NCBI GenBank assembly: GCA_050273025.1
Contig: CP158635.1
Location: 19,716,001-19,780,000, forward strand
DNA length: 64,000 nucleotides
Source of the DNA: Cenococcum geophilum
Taxonomy: Eukaryota
Reading direction: 5' to 3'
How positions within the stretch are numbered: the first letter of the stretch is position 1; every line of letters begins with the position of its first letter. Below are positions 23,580-37,003 of this stretch, in pieces. Both the position numbers and the translations under genes were made by a program. The notes below the pieces were generated by a model. It did no database searches and was not told the origin of the DNA. It saw only the letters and a list, made by a program, of their open reading frames with translations.

Positions 23580-24703
23580 AGTTGCTATATAATATCTAAC
23601 GGATCGACTATAGACGAGATATATATTCGAATTTCTTAGATTAACCTAAACGATATAATGACTTCTTACCTAAGCCAATCTCCTAAGCTATGTATCTTTA
23701 CTTATATATAACGCTCGCACCTTTTGCAATAAAGTATATAAGGGTAATTAGGGTCGGATAGATGACTACTATCCTTAATATAATATATAAACTCGGCTCT
23801 GTAACTAATATTATAACAGGTCCTAGTCGTACAGAAGGTATTAAGACAGTTATTAATATTTTTGCTTTTGCGCTCAGCCGCAATATACCTCGCCTTGGCG
23901 GATTAAAGCAGTGATTCTATTTATTATAGCTGAGATTAAACAGCTTGAAGTTTTAGTATAAAATTTTCCTCCATGTCCTTAGATGCGGTAATCACTATCC
24001 ATATAATGCTAATAGCGAAATTGCTTATAACATCCAGCTCTATAAAGTCCCTAAGTTTAATAAGCTCTTTAATATACTTGGCTGCTGTTAAGGTGATTAT
24101 ATTATACAATACTAAGTCGCCTATTAGGCTAAAGACATCCTTAACAACATTAGGAAACCCGTTTATGGACTAGCTGGTTCCTAGAATATATTAGATTTTT
24201 ATATTTATAAGCTCTTTTAGCTATGGTATATTATAGTAATTGGCAATTATATTAATATAGATGTGACGAAGTATAATATGGGCCGTCGTCGGCCGTATTA
24301 TTGTGTCTTTATTATTGCCACCGCTATTATCTAGTTTAGATGGCGATAAGGTATCGGTGTTGTCAATATTAGATCCTTACTCCTCCTTACCATTCTTATA
24401 GTCCCTCTTGTATATAAATTGGATTATCCTCTTAACGGTGCCGGAATTGAACTCGTTAATATTTATAATGTTAGTTACCGCCTCCTACCCATTAGTTAGT
24501 TAGTTAGGGTTAATTCTACTAGATATTTGGTTAGCTTTTACCTAAAAGCCTCTATTATAGGCAGCTGTAAGCATAAGAGATTAGGTATATATAATCGCTT
24601 TATAGACTTTAAACTCTAGCCCCTAGTATATAAGTTTTAAGTTGCTATATTTCCTGCTATCTATAAGCTACGCTAAGCTAAACGGAATACTCTTAGATGG
24701 CAT
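23580..24703 (-). pseudogene. BTB/POZ-domain protein, RIP-inactivated
   Basis: ATG at 24703, then ...KYSNLKLIY*GLEFKVYKAIIYT*S.ML.AA...GF* (=YSDL.L.C.G.EF.VHK.I.C.QS...AAC.G.F), an intron, and EA....I.I.EF...TVKR.IQF.YT.DY. Confidence 0.85.
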
Positions 24704-27700
24704 ATTTCTCTAGTTTTGACTGTGTCTTAAGTAATATTTAAGGGAGTGATTTGGTATTAAATAGGATAATTAAGAATAAGAACTCTGCTTTATTAAACGT
24801 GGCTCTAGAGCCTCTATATATACATTAAGAAGTTATTATTAGCTTTGTTTAATCTGCGACGGATTTAGCTAGTTAGTTAGAGCTTTAAATGTTAGTCGCT
24901 TAACTAAGGACTAGTATAACTTCTAAAGTTCTAAAAAGGGTAAGTGGCGGGGTATACGGCAGCTATAGCGCCTAGAAGTAGTTAGTGGTTATATAATAGA
25001 GGCTTAGTTAGAGGACGTGTTCCCGTAGCTTAGGTTAAGGCTCTATACTCCTCCAAGCTATATTAAGTAAAGTTAAATAGTATTATATTCCTACGTACCG
25101 GCCCGCTAATTATACTATTCTACTTTTTTCTTAACTATATACTAATATAGCCTGTATAATCACCCAGCTCGTAAGATTAGCTATGCTTATATAGTTTATA
25201 AAAATTAAGCATTGGGTTTTAAAAGACCACTTCTATATAGCCTTTCTATCTTTGTTATAAAAGAAGTATATTTATACTAGGTATTTTAGTAAGGCCGGGA
25301 GAAAAAAGCGTAGAGAGGGGGGTTTAATTTTAGTGGGGGTTGTAAGTATAGGCGAACGTGAAGGTATAAGGGCTTTAGGCTTAGTTATAGAATAATAGCA
25401 AATTGCTAGACCATTATATAAGCCGCACGAGATCTTATATTCTTTAAACGAAATTAAGCAATTTAAGCAGCGTAGTTCCTCTATATAAACTTAACTATTC
25501 CCTATACGGAAGTACTAAAGCTATTGCAAGTATTGGGGTAGTAAAGTACGCCAATCTAACCAAAAAGGGAGGCGTAGTAGTCTAGTTAGCATTATTAAGT
25601 TCCTTTACCTCTTTATCTAATTGTTCCAAAGCTTCCTTTCCACCTTCTATAAACTGTATATCGCCAGAAAAGCAATTAGACCTTATTAATGTTCCATTAT
25701 AATTAATTTCCGCTATAACTAATCTGCTACTACGGTAATATAGCACGACTAAAGTTATTTAAATAATTATATTATATATCGGACCTATAGCCCGGCGAAT
25801 ATTGGGTTAAGTATATAGAATGCCGATAATCTTATAAATCTTTAAGATATTAGGGACCTGCTACTTATAATATAGGTAATTACTTACTTTTGCTTTACGT
25901 AAATTGCCTTCTTCTTATCCCATAAAGGTAATATCTCGTTTTTTATCCTCCTTAGAAATCTCTTCTCCTAACTTTAGAACCTAATAGGCTGACTTTTGGC
26001 TTCTATTAGATGTATCTATTATAATAATAGGTACCTAAGAGTAGCAATTAGATTACTAAAGATATAGAAGGGGCAGGTTATATACTGCTTGCCTTAGTAG
26101 GTAAGTTATTGCTAGTCTTTAGAGGTTATTAAAGGCCTTTAGAGGTCTATAGAGGTCTTAGAGGCCTATTTATATATTAATTAGTAAAACCCTAGTAGAG
26201 GCAGTATATACGTATTAGCAAGGTTAAATTATATAGTAGTTCTTACTGGAGCAACGAGGAAGTGCGTAGATTTAAGTTAGGCTGTAAACGGTATAAAATG
26301 CATAAAGGCAGGCCTAAATATAACTTACTAGACGGTATAAATATAAGAAGACGCCTGTTCTAGCCTTACTATAGATAGTAAAAGATCGGTAAAGGGTAAA
26401 ACTAAGTATGCTTGCAGAATATAGGAGGCTAACCTATTATAAGTAGAGAAGCCTAGCTTGGCCGGCTATAAGTATAATTGCGTAGCATAGGGGGAGGTAT
26501 AAATTAGTACGCTATAATTATGCGTGGAAATGTAAAAACGTTATATAATAGCCTTCGCTATACTATTTATAGAAGGAATAGTTACTAGCGGAGAGACATA
26601 TTCTTCTTTAAATTAATCCCTAAAGCCTTAATCCTGGCAACTATGTCCTCCCTATATACGTCCTTATACGCATCCCCATCTTTATCCCAGTCCTCTTCTA
26701 TACTATACCTTATATTACAATTTCTATTATCCTATATTTCACGCTCTATCTATTATAGGATTTCTTTTCTACTATTTATCTTCTTAACTGCACCTAAAAA
26801 TATAAGAACTTTATAATAATTCCCTTAGTAAATAAATTCCCTAAAGAAGGTTTTCTAACCATGGTATTAGTAACAGGCTAAAGTATAGTAGATAGCTAGC
26901 AGCACTAATAAGGTGGGGGTATAGTAAACTTTAATTCTGAAAATATAGGGAGTAAAAAGAAAGTGAAATGGGAGAAATTAATACTATTTAAAACAAGAAT
27001 TAATAATCTAGTAGCCGAATAGCAGGTTTTCCTAGATATATAATATATACTATAGATATTCCATACGGTTAAACTATATCTTAAAGCCCAGAGCACGTAA
27101 ACCCTCCTCTACGTTGCTCTTTTTTAAGTCACTAGAAGACCCCTCTAGCAACTTTAACTATTTAACCTTTAATTTTACCGCGTTTATATCTTCTACAATT
27201 TGCTCCCTACCTTATATTAGCCCTACTGCTTCTAATAGAGCATATAACTACTTTTTAATCCTACTAATGCGAAAATATATTAGGACTTAAGCGTATTTGG
27301 GTTTAGTAGGTAGATTATAGCGGAAACCGATCTATTTTAAAACCTATAAAGCTTAAGATTTATTGGAAATTACCTAGATTTATAACCTACTTTAACAAAT
27401 TCAAACTGTTCTTTTCCCCAAGCGTTAAGAAAAACTCCGGCTATTTTATTATAGCCAGTTTTAGACGTTTTAAAGAGCATATAATACTCTTCTATTCTAG
27501 GCATATTTAATAAGGATAAGTATTTTCTTAGTAGTAGTGTAATATAAGAGGTCTAGGTTAGTTAGTAAACGTTTTAGTAGGTAGTAGATTAAGGTGCACT
27601 TTATCCTTACTTCTAAGGGCTTAAATAGTCTAACTTAGAAAGAAAAAAGCGTTAAATATAGTACTTATTAGTTCTAAAAGTATAGCTATATAATTGTGGA

Positions 27701-28809
27701 TAGGAGTAGGGGTAGCAATTAATAAAGATTGTTAAGAGGTTATAGTGCGTGCTATATGCCATTTATAGGCCTTATTGTAGCTAGGTAAAAAGTCTGGGCC
27801 GCTAGATATATTAAAGGGCAGAAAGGGCACTATAAATACATTTACGTGGGATAAGATGCCAAGCGTTTAATATATATAGCGGCCCGCATAGCGGCCATTA
27901 TATATATTAATCTTATTTTAGCGGTATATTTAAGATATTAAAAATATTACTACTAAATCCTCGCCAATAAAAATGGTAAAGCCTAAGCGTTAGGGTGTTA
28001 AATATTTAAGGCTCGTTTAAAATGCTAAGCATTTTAATATTTATATATATTAGCAAATTAGTATGCCTAGCGCGTGAAATATAAATAGGCCGATAAGCCT
28101 ACCCCTCTAAACTGCCCTACTACTTAGATAATTTTACTTACAGCGAGCTCGTAAAATTAGATATAGTAACGCAAAAAATAAGTAAGCATAAAACTCTAAT
28201 AAAGGATTACCGGAATAGGATATATATAGTATCCGTAATTAATAAGTCGTATATAAACCTCGTACGATTTAGCCTAGAAGAGGCGATATAAAAGATCTAG
28301 AAGACTACGCCAACCAAAACTATACCTACTATTGCCTTAACAGACACTACGGAAAGTAATAAAGCGCGTAAGCTTGCGAAAATAGTATATTTAATATAGT
28401 TTACTTTAGTATAGTAACTCTAGCGGCTAACGCAAATAAGGAATTTAAGTTAAAGATACTAGAAATACTACTAAAGTTAGGAGTCGGAGTAGTTAATATA
28501 AACTCTTTACGTATAGGCCTAACAGTCTATTTTACGGGACGACGCATTTTAATGCAATATCTAAACGATTTAGTAGTGTGTATATTAGCTTTTAGCCCTT
28601 ATTAGGACTCCTAGGTCCCGCTTAGTTATACTATCCCGCATTTAGAGAGCGGGTAGGGCTGTTGCTGGGCTAGTTTATAATGGGTAAAATGGAACGGGAG
28701 TAGAGGTGGCGTTAATATAATAATTATGGTGCTAATTATTAGCTAAGCTTAAACTGCTGGTTCTACTTAATAAGGGATATTATTAAACTATTATTGTACC
28801 GCGTTAAAA

Positions 28810-30620
28810 ACCTAAAACCGGGGTGTATAACAATATAAGAGTTTTAGAAGAAATTTACTAATACCTATAAGTAGAACTTATAGCAACCGCACTGTTAAGG
28901 GACTTATTATATACCTATTACGCGGAGCTATAGCTTATTTATTCGCTGTCACTAATCGCCGGTAGCGTATTACCACCAATTTGGTCTCTATACACCTATT
29001 GCGCCTTATTATAGCCTATCTATTCGCTGTTACTAATTCCTAGTAGCATATTACCGTTAATTTGGTCTCCGTATATTTATTGCGCCTTATTATAGCTTAT
29101 CTGTTTGCTGTTTCTAATTGCCAGTGGCGTATTACCGTCGATTTAGTCTCTATATACCCATTACACCTTATTATAGCTTATCTATTTACTATTGCCACTA
29201 ATATCTATAGAACTAGAGCTGCTAGGGTTTCCATTTAAACACGCTGTGCTATTTATATTTAAGTATCTTTACGTAAGGTTGCCGCGGGTATTAAAAGGGG
29301 TAGGGAAATCTTATAACAAGCGTTCTTGACTAAGGCGTAGTATAAGGGATTTGCCCGCCGGCTTAGAGGCTTAAGGATATTATTTAATAAATCGCAAAGA
29401 AGATGTTCTATAGCCTATAATAAATTAGAGATACTACTATTTGGAAGTATAACTACTCTTATATATCTACATGCTATTTATTAAGGCCGTTATTAGTAGC
29501 TAAAAAGGGTGCGATATTATTAAATCTGCGCGTTAATAATTATACGCTAATATAAGATCTCCAGGTTTAGCAACTTCTACACAGGGGCGTTTATAAGGGG
29601 AGGAAATTCGCTTTTTTGGGCTCGGCTAGGGCGGGTTAGTAGTGCTAAGATATATTGGTCTAAGAGAAAGCATCTAACTAGAATAAAGCTCTTAATACTA
29701 TCCCATCCAAACTAAACATTTTTGCGTAATTTTAAATATCATAAAATAAGACCGGTGCCGTAAAGCCATAAGAAAATCGTTAATGTTAGGTAAATTTAAT
29801 CTTCGGCAGGCGTTATAAGTAAAGGCTAAAAGAACTAATAGCCCTACCCCTTTAAGCCTTTATATAATATAAAGCTTAATTCTATATCTAATAGCTAAAG
29901 CCGCTTTAGTGACGTCGTAACATCCTATACTTCTTATAAATAATATAATATAGCTAACTCCCTTTACGGAAGTGGCTTAACTTTTAACTAAACTTTTAAT
30001 CCTTAACGCACCTATAGACTTTAGTTGCCATTTCTTAAAAGAATCCGCAAGTATCTATTAGCTAAGAAGTTTTTAAAAAATAGCGTTATTTAATAAATTG
30101 CTATTGGTAGTAATAAGATCCTTAATAAGGGGATGTTTGTTTAACCACTTTAGTTCGCCAATAATGCCCTTTAGATCTTTCCCTATAGATATATTAACGA
30201 ATGTCTTAATCTTAGAGAGGTTTACTAATAATGTGTTAAGCAGGTTCGCACATCTAGGTAAAAGGGAAGGTAGAGAAGCAACCTCATTCCCTAAAAAAGG
30301 CTAGACACTCCCTAAAGAAGGCTAGACGATATTATCCTTATTTCCTAAAAAAGGCTAGACATCCTTACTCTCTAAAGAAGGCTTAACAACATCCTTATTC
30401 CCTAAAGAAGGCTAGACACTCCCTAAAGAAGACTAAACGGCATCATCCTTATTCCCTAGAAAAGGCTAGACGACATCCTAATTCCCTAGAGAAGGCTAAA
30501 TATCCTCACTCCCTAGAGGAGCGTAAAGCGAATTATAGTGGCTATATTTATTCTCTAAGAGAGGCGGTAAATATTAAAAGGTGTTAATAGGAAGCTTCTA
30601 GAGCCTTTAAATAGTATATA
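28810..30620 (-). pseudogene. RIP-degenerate hypothetical gene with internal peptide repeats
   Basis: A continuous minus-strand frame after de-RIPing, with N-terminal short repeats (30280-30520) and four C-terminal 27-codon repeats. Confidence 0.5.
28910..29200. repeat. 81-bp tandem repeat, ~3.5 copies (27 aa on the minus strand)
   Basis: The TAGCTTAT/TAGCCTAT anchor recurs at 28931, 29012, 29093 and 29174. Confidence 0.88.
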
Positions 30621-30815
30621 TAATATTAGGGAGATAAGGTTAAAGCTACTTATTAAAAGCATTATAGATAAGATCTAAAGCTACTATAATGCTAAAGTCT
30701 ATAATAGTGGGTTGTAAGTTATATAATTTATATTAAGATAAAAGAGTAGTCAAGTGCAGTTCCCCTCCGCTCTTAATTCCCTAGTAGGTCGCTAGCGCCC
30801 CTAAAACTTAGAAGA

Positions 30816-30886
30816 GCCTTACACCAATTACATCGCTTTAATTAAGTATCGCGTACTTAATTAAAGCGATATAATTGGCGCAAGGC
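30816..30886. repeat. Inverted repeat, 33-bp arms with a 5-nt loop
   Basis: GCCTTACACCAATTACATCGCTTTAATTAAGTA-tcgcg-TACTTAATTAAAGCGATATAATTGGCGCAAGGC. The mismatches are transitions only. Confidence 0.9.
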
Positions 30887-31589
30887 CCTTATTAGAGCTG
30901 CGCTAATATAGTGGCAATTATTAACCTCGCTTTTGCTTATAATGCGTAGTCAAAAATTAAACCTCTCTTTTAGCTAAGATAGGAGGCGATATAAGTCGCA
31001 AACTTAATTAGGCGTGCAATATAAAATATTTAGTAATACAGCTTATTTTATTGCAGAAGGCCGTAAGCCTTAATACTATTAGAGGATTCCTTTTCTAACT
31101 AATGCGTAGGATGTACAATTTATAATAATTTCTTCCTTAAGGAGCTAAAGAGTAAGACGCCTTAATAAATCTAAGGATGCTATTTAAAGGAAAGAACACG
31201 GAAATACCTAATATATAGAGCTAATTTCCGCCCCATTATACTGGGGATATATAATTGCCTTTATCGCCCACTCTGCTAGTTACCTTAACGCGTCTTCTAT
31301 ATCTTTCATTTATTACTACCCTACTTTACTATTTTTACCACTCCTTTTAAACTATTCCCTAGCTTATCCTATTTCCGCTAACCATTTACGGCCGCTCTTT
31401 ACTCTTTAATATGGATACTTATTTAACTATTAGCTTGCTTATTAAAGCCGCAACTTACTAAATTACGCCGACTATTAGTTTCTTAAAGCGTTATATTTAG
31501 CTGCCTCTTATATTAATTATTGGTACTTTAACAGCCGCTTATAGTTAGGATCAAGATTCTAAATACGGTGCATTAATTATTAAGCTTTA

Positions 31590-32600
31590 TTAACGAGCAA
31601 ATACCCTATAATCTATTAAGGTAGATCTAGAAAAGGCGTCTTCTATTACTAGGATTAGTTGGCCTATAAAGAGCTCATAAAGTAAGGAAATGATACCTTC
31701 TAAGTTAAACAATTCTAAGCGTCCTAGCACCGGTCTATTATCTAATTAAATTACTATAGGCCTAAGTAACTAGCAAAGGGCATTTAGGGGTCCGGTAGAT
31801 CCTACACATATATAATACTAATAAGTACCCTAAATACTTAATAATATAATATTAAGTGAAATTCTTAGCACTTGCTTAGATAAGACTCTAATAGATAAGA
31901 CTCTAACTTATAAGAGAACTGCGGATATACTCTCTTATAGAATAATTCATTCGTTCCCTAAGCCTCTATAGAATTTCCTTAGTGTTCTTTATAAAAGAAC
32001 TAGAGAGCGAAAAGTATAGGATATTATCTATATATCTGCTTTCTCTAAGTTAATATATAATTGCTCTAACGCATCACGAGTCTAAGTATATTTAATATCT
32101 CCTATATAATATCTATTCTAATTAAATTATAGACTATAATCCAGGCGATTCTCTAAGACTTACAGAACTATATTAAAGAGAAAGGTATAAATAGTGCTCT
32201 CTTATAGAAGCCACGTCCACTCATTAATATTACGGACCTTTAATAGTAGTTTTTTGTATCTAGCTTAGAGTTAAGATTTCGGCATATAATTAAAATTAAT
32301 CCTCCAGTCTTTAAATAAATCCGCTTGCACTATAATGTAAATTTACGTATATACATCTAAAATTCTTGAAATTGCAGCGCTTGTATATTAAGGGGGAGTT
32401 ATATTAGTGGTGTTATTGCATTTATTAGCCGCCTAGTGTTATTAAATAGATATATTCCGCTAAATGTCCTCCTAATTACTACTAACGCTCCTACTATACC
32501 TCTTGCAGTTTTAATATAAGATATACTTTAATTAATCACTCTAGCAATGTAATCTATTACTATTATTTTTAACGTTAATAAAATCTATTAATCTAGATAA
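31590..32600 (-). pseudogene. RIP-degenerate hypothetical gene
   Basis: A long minus-strand frame whose stops mostly fall at RIP-type codons. No family was recognised. Confidence 0.35.
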
Positions 32601-33710
32601 CGAAGTTTACTTTATGGATATTCCTAATAAGTTAAGAGCAACCAGTCCAGCGTCTAGTAAGGGTTTTACTAATAATAGTTAATCTAGAGCTACCAGCGCC
32701 GATTACCCGCTTAACATTAATTAACTTAACTCTCTAAAAACCACCTAAACTGTTAGTTTACACTATTGGCCTTTCCCTAGTAAGACTTTACTAACACTTT
32801 ATAAAGTGTAACTTAACTAGCCCTTACACGAATAACAAGCCCTTAGTATCTATATATAAGTCTTAGTTAGTTAAGGAATAATTTAAATTAATTAACACGA
32901 CCTTTAAAGATAGTGATAGTTAGGGCAGTATTTCGTCTAAGCTTAATAGACTAACACTAGGTTATAAGCAGAAATATTATAGCCTTTTTCTTAATACCGG
33001 AGCAAGTAGTAAATAGATAAATAAAGAGAAAGCTATTATATACTTTTTAAGGCAGGACAGGTTTCTGTTTATAAATATTGCTAAATAGGTGCCGTATTTA
33101 CCAGCTTAAATTTCGGAGATATACCTAATCCTATACGTCTTATACCTTATCCTACTAAGGCTATATATTACTTACATTTACTAGGTTAAGTAACACATAG
33201 GATCTCTTATAACCCTATAACCTAAATATAGAGTTTTAGCGTATATTGCCGGTTAGTTTCTTTTCTTAGATACAACTTCTAATAGCTTTGCTAATATTTT
33301 AAAGATTATTATTGCAAATAAAGCCTTATAGGAGCCCTAGTCTTAAAATTAGATACCCTATAAAGATTAAATCCTTATAGAGCTAGGTCACTAGGTATTA
33401 CTTACAGTTTTATTATAGGATAATGTTATAAAAGCCCTATTAGGGAGAATACCGGGTGCATATTAGCGCCATTATAGCTATATCCTTCGCGCTAAAGAGC
33501 CAGCATAAACAGTTAAGGAAGTAAATCTCCTTATAGAATTGTGTAATAAGAAATTTCTATTATAAGAAGTCATTAAGGGATATTTTCAGAATAGGCACCG
33601 TTGATTAATTAAGGAATTCTATAAAAATAGTAAGCTAGGTAGTTAGGCGTAGCGTCCTCTAAATATACAGCTAGGATCTTAACGGATTTAGCGGCTATGG
33701 CTTTAGTCCT

Positions 33711-34275
33711 ATAAGCTAGGAGGTTATAAAAGCTAGGGGCTCGTAGGAGCTGGGGGATCCTACGAGCTAGGTAATTATATAAGTAGAGTGGTCTAACCTA
33801 GCGCCCTCTAATTAATTCCTAGCGTATAAATAGGGTATTAATAGGTTTAATAACTTCGGCTTTAATTATGCGAGCTAGATGCTTATAGGGGCTAGCCAAT
33901 CCTATAAGCTAGGTAATTATGCGAGCATAGTGCTTATAGGAGCTGGGCAATCCTATAAGCTAGGTAATCGTACGAGCTAGGCAATCGTGCAAACTAGGTA
34001 ATCGTGCGAGCTAGATACTCGTAGGAGCTGGCCAATTCCACGAGCTAGGTAATCGTGCGAGCTAGGTAATTGTGCAAGTATGGTGCTTATGGGAGCTAGG
34101 TAATCCTACAAGCTAGGTAATCGTGCGAGCTAGGCGATTATGCGAACTAGATAATTGTGCGAGCTAGGTAATTATGCGAGCTAGGTAATTGTACAAACTA
34201 GGTAATCGTGCAAGCTAGGCGATCGTATAAGTAGAGTAATCGTGCAAGCAGAGTAATTATATAAGCAGGGTAATC
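33711..34275. repeat. 17-bp minisatellite (GAGCTAGGTAATCGTGC)n
   Basis: More than 20 units in register between ~33870 and 34275. The flanking motif AACCTAGCGCCCTCTA is repeated near 33796 and 34277. Confidence 0.9.
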
Positions 34276-36059
34276 TAACCTAGCGCCCTCTATTAACGCC
34301 TAGCATGTAAATAAGAAGCAAATGTTAGGAAAATACTAGAACTACAAAAAAAAGAAATATATAAGTCCTAGATCTAGAAATATTAAAGAAGTTCCTATAT
34401 AAAAACCCCTTATATATACTTAGAGAAGTTCCTATATAAACAGCCCTATAAGCGTAGCTATAAGTCTAAGCCCTCTTACGTAACCTAACTACTTCTCCCC
34501 ACTACACTAGAATAGATAAATAACCGCTATATACTATAAGTAGAGAAATAATTTAAATAAAAAGAAAATACTATAAAAAAATATGTTTATATCCTTAAGA
34601 TATAAATCTATAAGTACTATAGTCTTAAATACGACTAATAGTTACTAAGGTGGCATGCGTCCCAGGTCTATAAGAAATTTAAAAAATCCTAGGTTATTAG
34701 TATAGATTTTCCTTCTATTATCGCTTTTAAGGTAGTAAATAAATTCATCTAAGTGAAAGTATAGATTATCGCGAATACTTTATAGCTCGCTATAAGTCAA
34801 GCGGGTAGAAACTCTAGTAGAAATAATAAAATATTGTTTTGTTTCGCGATAGGCTAAACAAAAAGTAGCCAAAGTTTTAACCCTTTTACTAGCTTTTATT
34901 AGAAATCTTCTTTATATTTATATCCTGTACTTATAGATTTAAGACTATAAAGCTAAGGCCACCGTATTTAACCGTCGCCTATATAACCTTGTCGCTTAAT
35001 ATCTCTTTATTGCTATCTGCCCCTATTTTTTAATCTTTAGTACTAAAACCATTTTCTCTGTTATATAATATCTCTACGTCCTATTCTTAATCCTTATTAC
35101 TAAAGTTACTTTCTTAACTAGCTAACGCCTCTACGTTGCCGTTATCTCTAAAGTCGGTTTCTTTATCTATAAACGCCCACTCACTAGCTAACAATTTAGG
35201 GACGCTGCGCTTATAGGTACTTAGGGTTGCGAATACCACTTAAGGAGAAATTGTAGTCAATATTGTTGGGATATGGAATATGTCTATAGACCTCTAAGTA
35301 CCGGCTGCTTAATACCTTAAGTAAAAGATCTCCCCTAACGCAAGGTAGATTAACAGGAGTTAATTACCGCCTATATAAGGCGGAGCGCTTATAAAGGGCT
35401 TAGCTAGAATAGCAATTAAACTACCCTAGAGGTATTAATAGCTCCTTTGCTATAGATGGGGGGTCAATATATAAGATTAACTGGCTAGGATAAGTCTACT
35501 GCTTAGGCAGTATCTTGCCCTAGGAAGGATAGGCGTTAGAAGTAGATTATATAATGCTATTCCTACTAAGAGAGGCGTTATTAGGGGTCATTATTAACTT
35601 CTAATTCTAGTTTATAACTTTATGCAAACGCTTCTAAACCCTACTAAGGCATGCGGCGTCCGTTAGGGATTGTTAGCCATTTAAGTTTAGCAGCAGCTTA
35701 GCCAATAGCTACCCCTAATAATGCCTCACTTATAGATTACTCTAGGCACCTATAGTTTCGGGCGCAGATAATACGTAAGCTAAGAGTAATTATAGCCACT
35801 AAATATTGTACTACAGACACCATATAAAGTGGAAAAGGGCGGCTAGTATACTCTACCTTTCCCTTCTACCTTCTGTCTTAACTCCGCCCTAGAAGAGAAA
35901 TGGAATATAAATATCATACTCCTAGTTTTTATATACCATTAATTTGACTTACCTTTAAATTTGACCTCTTGACTATACATCCCTATAAGAATACTAGACA
36001 TTATATATATTACCTTAACTAAGCTTAAATACGTTGCTAATATAACCTATAGGTCCTTA

Positions 36060-37003
36060 ATTGGTATTTATAAAAATATTACGATATGCTATCGCCCCGA
36101 AGATAATATACCTGTTTATTAACTTGCTGGAAACCTTAAATTATCCTAGAATTGTATTGATAATAAAGATATAGCATCTGCTAGTAGGGAGAAGAAACAA
36201 TTATAGCTTTCCGACCCTATACAGAAACAAATACCTTATACGCCTACTTAAATACCTAATGAGGTTAACTCTTATAAAATCGACGATAATACGGAGGGTA
36301 ATATATAAGAGGATATAGAAATATACGCTAATTACCTTAAGAGCCTGGAAGGCCGTAGCAAAACTAAGATAGTCTTACCTAAGCTAATAGAGGGCCATGG
36401 CGAGGCTAAAATAGACTTACCTTAACTAAAAGAGGGCTATATTAAAGGTTTGCTAGTACCTCCAGGTATATTTATAAAACACCTATATATTTTTTAGCAA
36501 TACTAATAGTTAAGTAAAGAATAGTTTAGCCAATTATATAAACTTCCTTGGAGATATATCTCCCCTAACTAAAGTATTAACAATTTCTAATGCTACAATT
36601 TTAGACGGACAACTAAAGTATCTCTTATTATGGTTGCTAACTTGCTATATAATAGAGGACTTAAAGCGTCTCCAAAACCCTAGATATAGATTAGTTATAT
36701 CTATATATAGTCCTATCGCAGTAGTATACTGGTATCCTACCTAGGTTTTACCCGCGGGTATACCATATAAGAAACTTATATCATACTATACTAAGAACCC
36801 GCGTTACCTCTATTATTATGCTATAATATACAAACCGCTTAAAGATGTTATAATAGAGATAGCTTAAAAGGGTAAACTATATAAGCAAAGAGACTAACTA
36901 GGAGAGGCACCAGATGATTATTTAGATCTATTAAGGAGAGGGATACGCAAAAGAAAGGTAGATTATACCATAGATAGAGCCTCCAAGAAGCTAAAGAAAT
37001 GAG
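36060..37003 (+). pseudogene. RIP-degenerate hypothetical gene ending in a basic NLS-like tail
   Basis: A coding-like frame with an intron, ending ...LLRRGIRKRKVDYTIDRASKKLKK*. Confidence 0.4.

Noticed and set aside
25300..28800. Functional assignment of cargo relics at 25300-26030, 26200-28800, 34590-35650, 45500-47960 and 57600-59050
   Set aside because: They look coding-like after de-RIPing, but I recognised no motif I could defend.
33711..34275. CRISPR-like appearance of the regular repeat arrays (also 7075-7470 and 14000-14330)
   Set aside because: The units are contiguous with no unique spacers, there are no cas genes, and the context is eukaryotic with introns and RIP.
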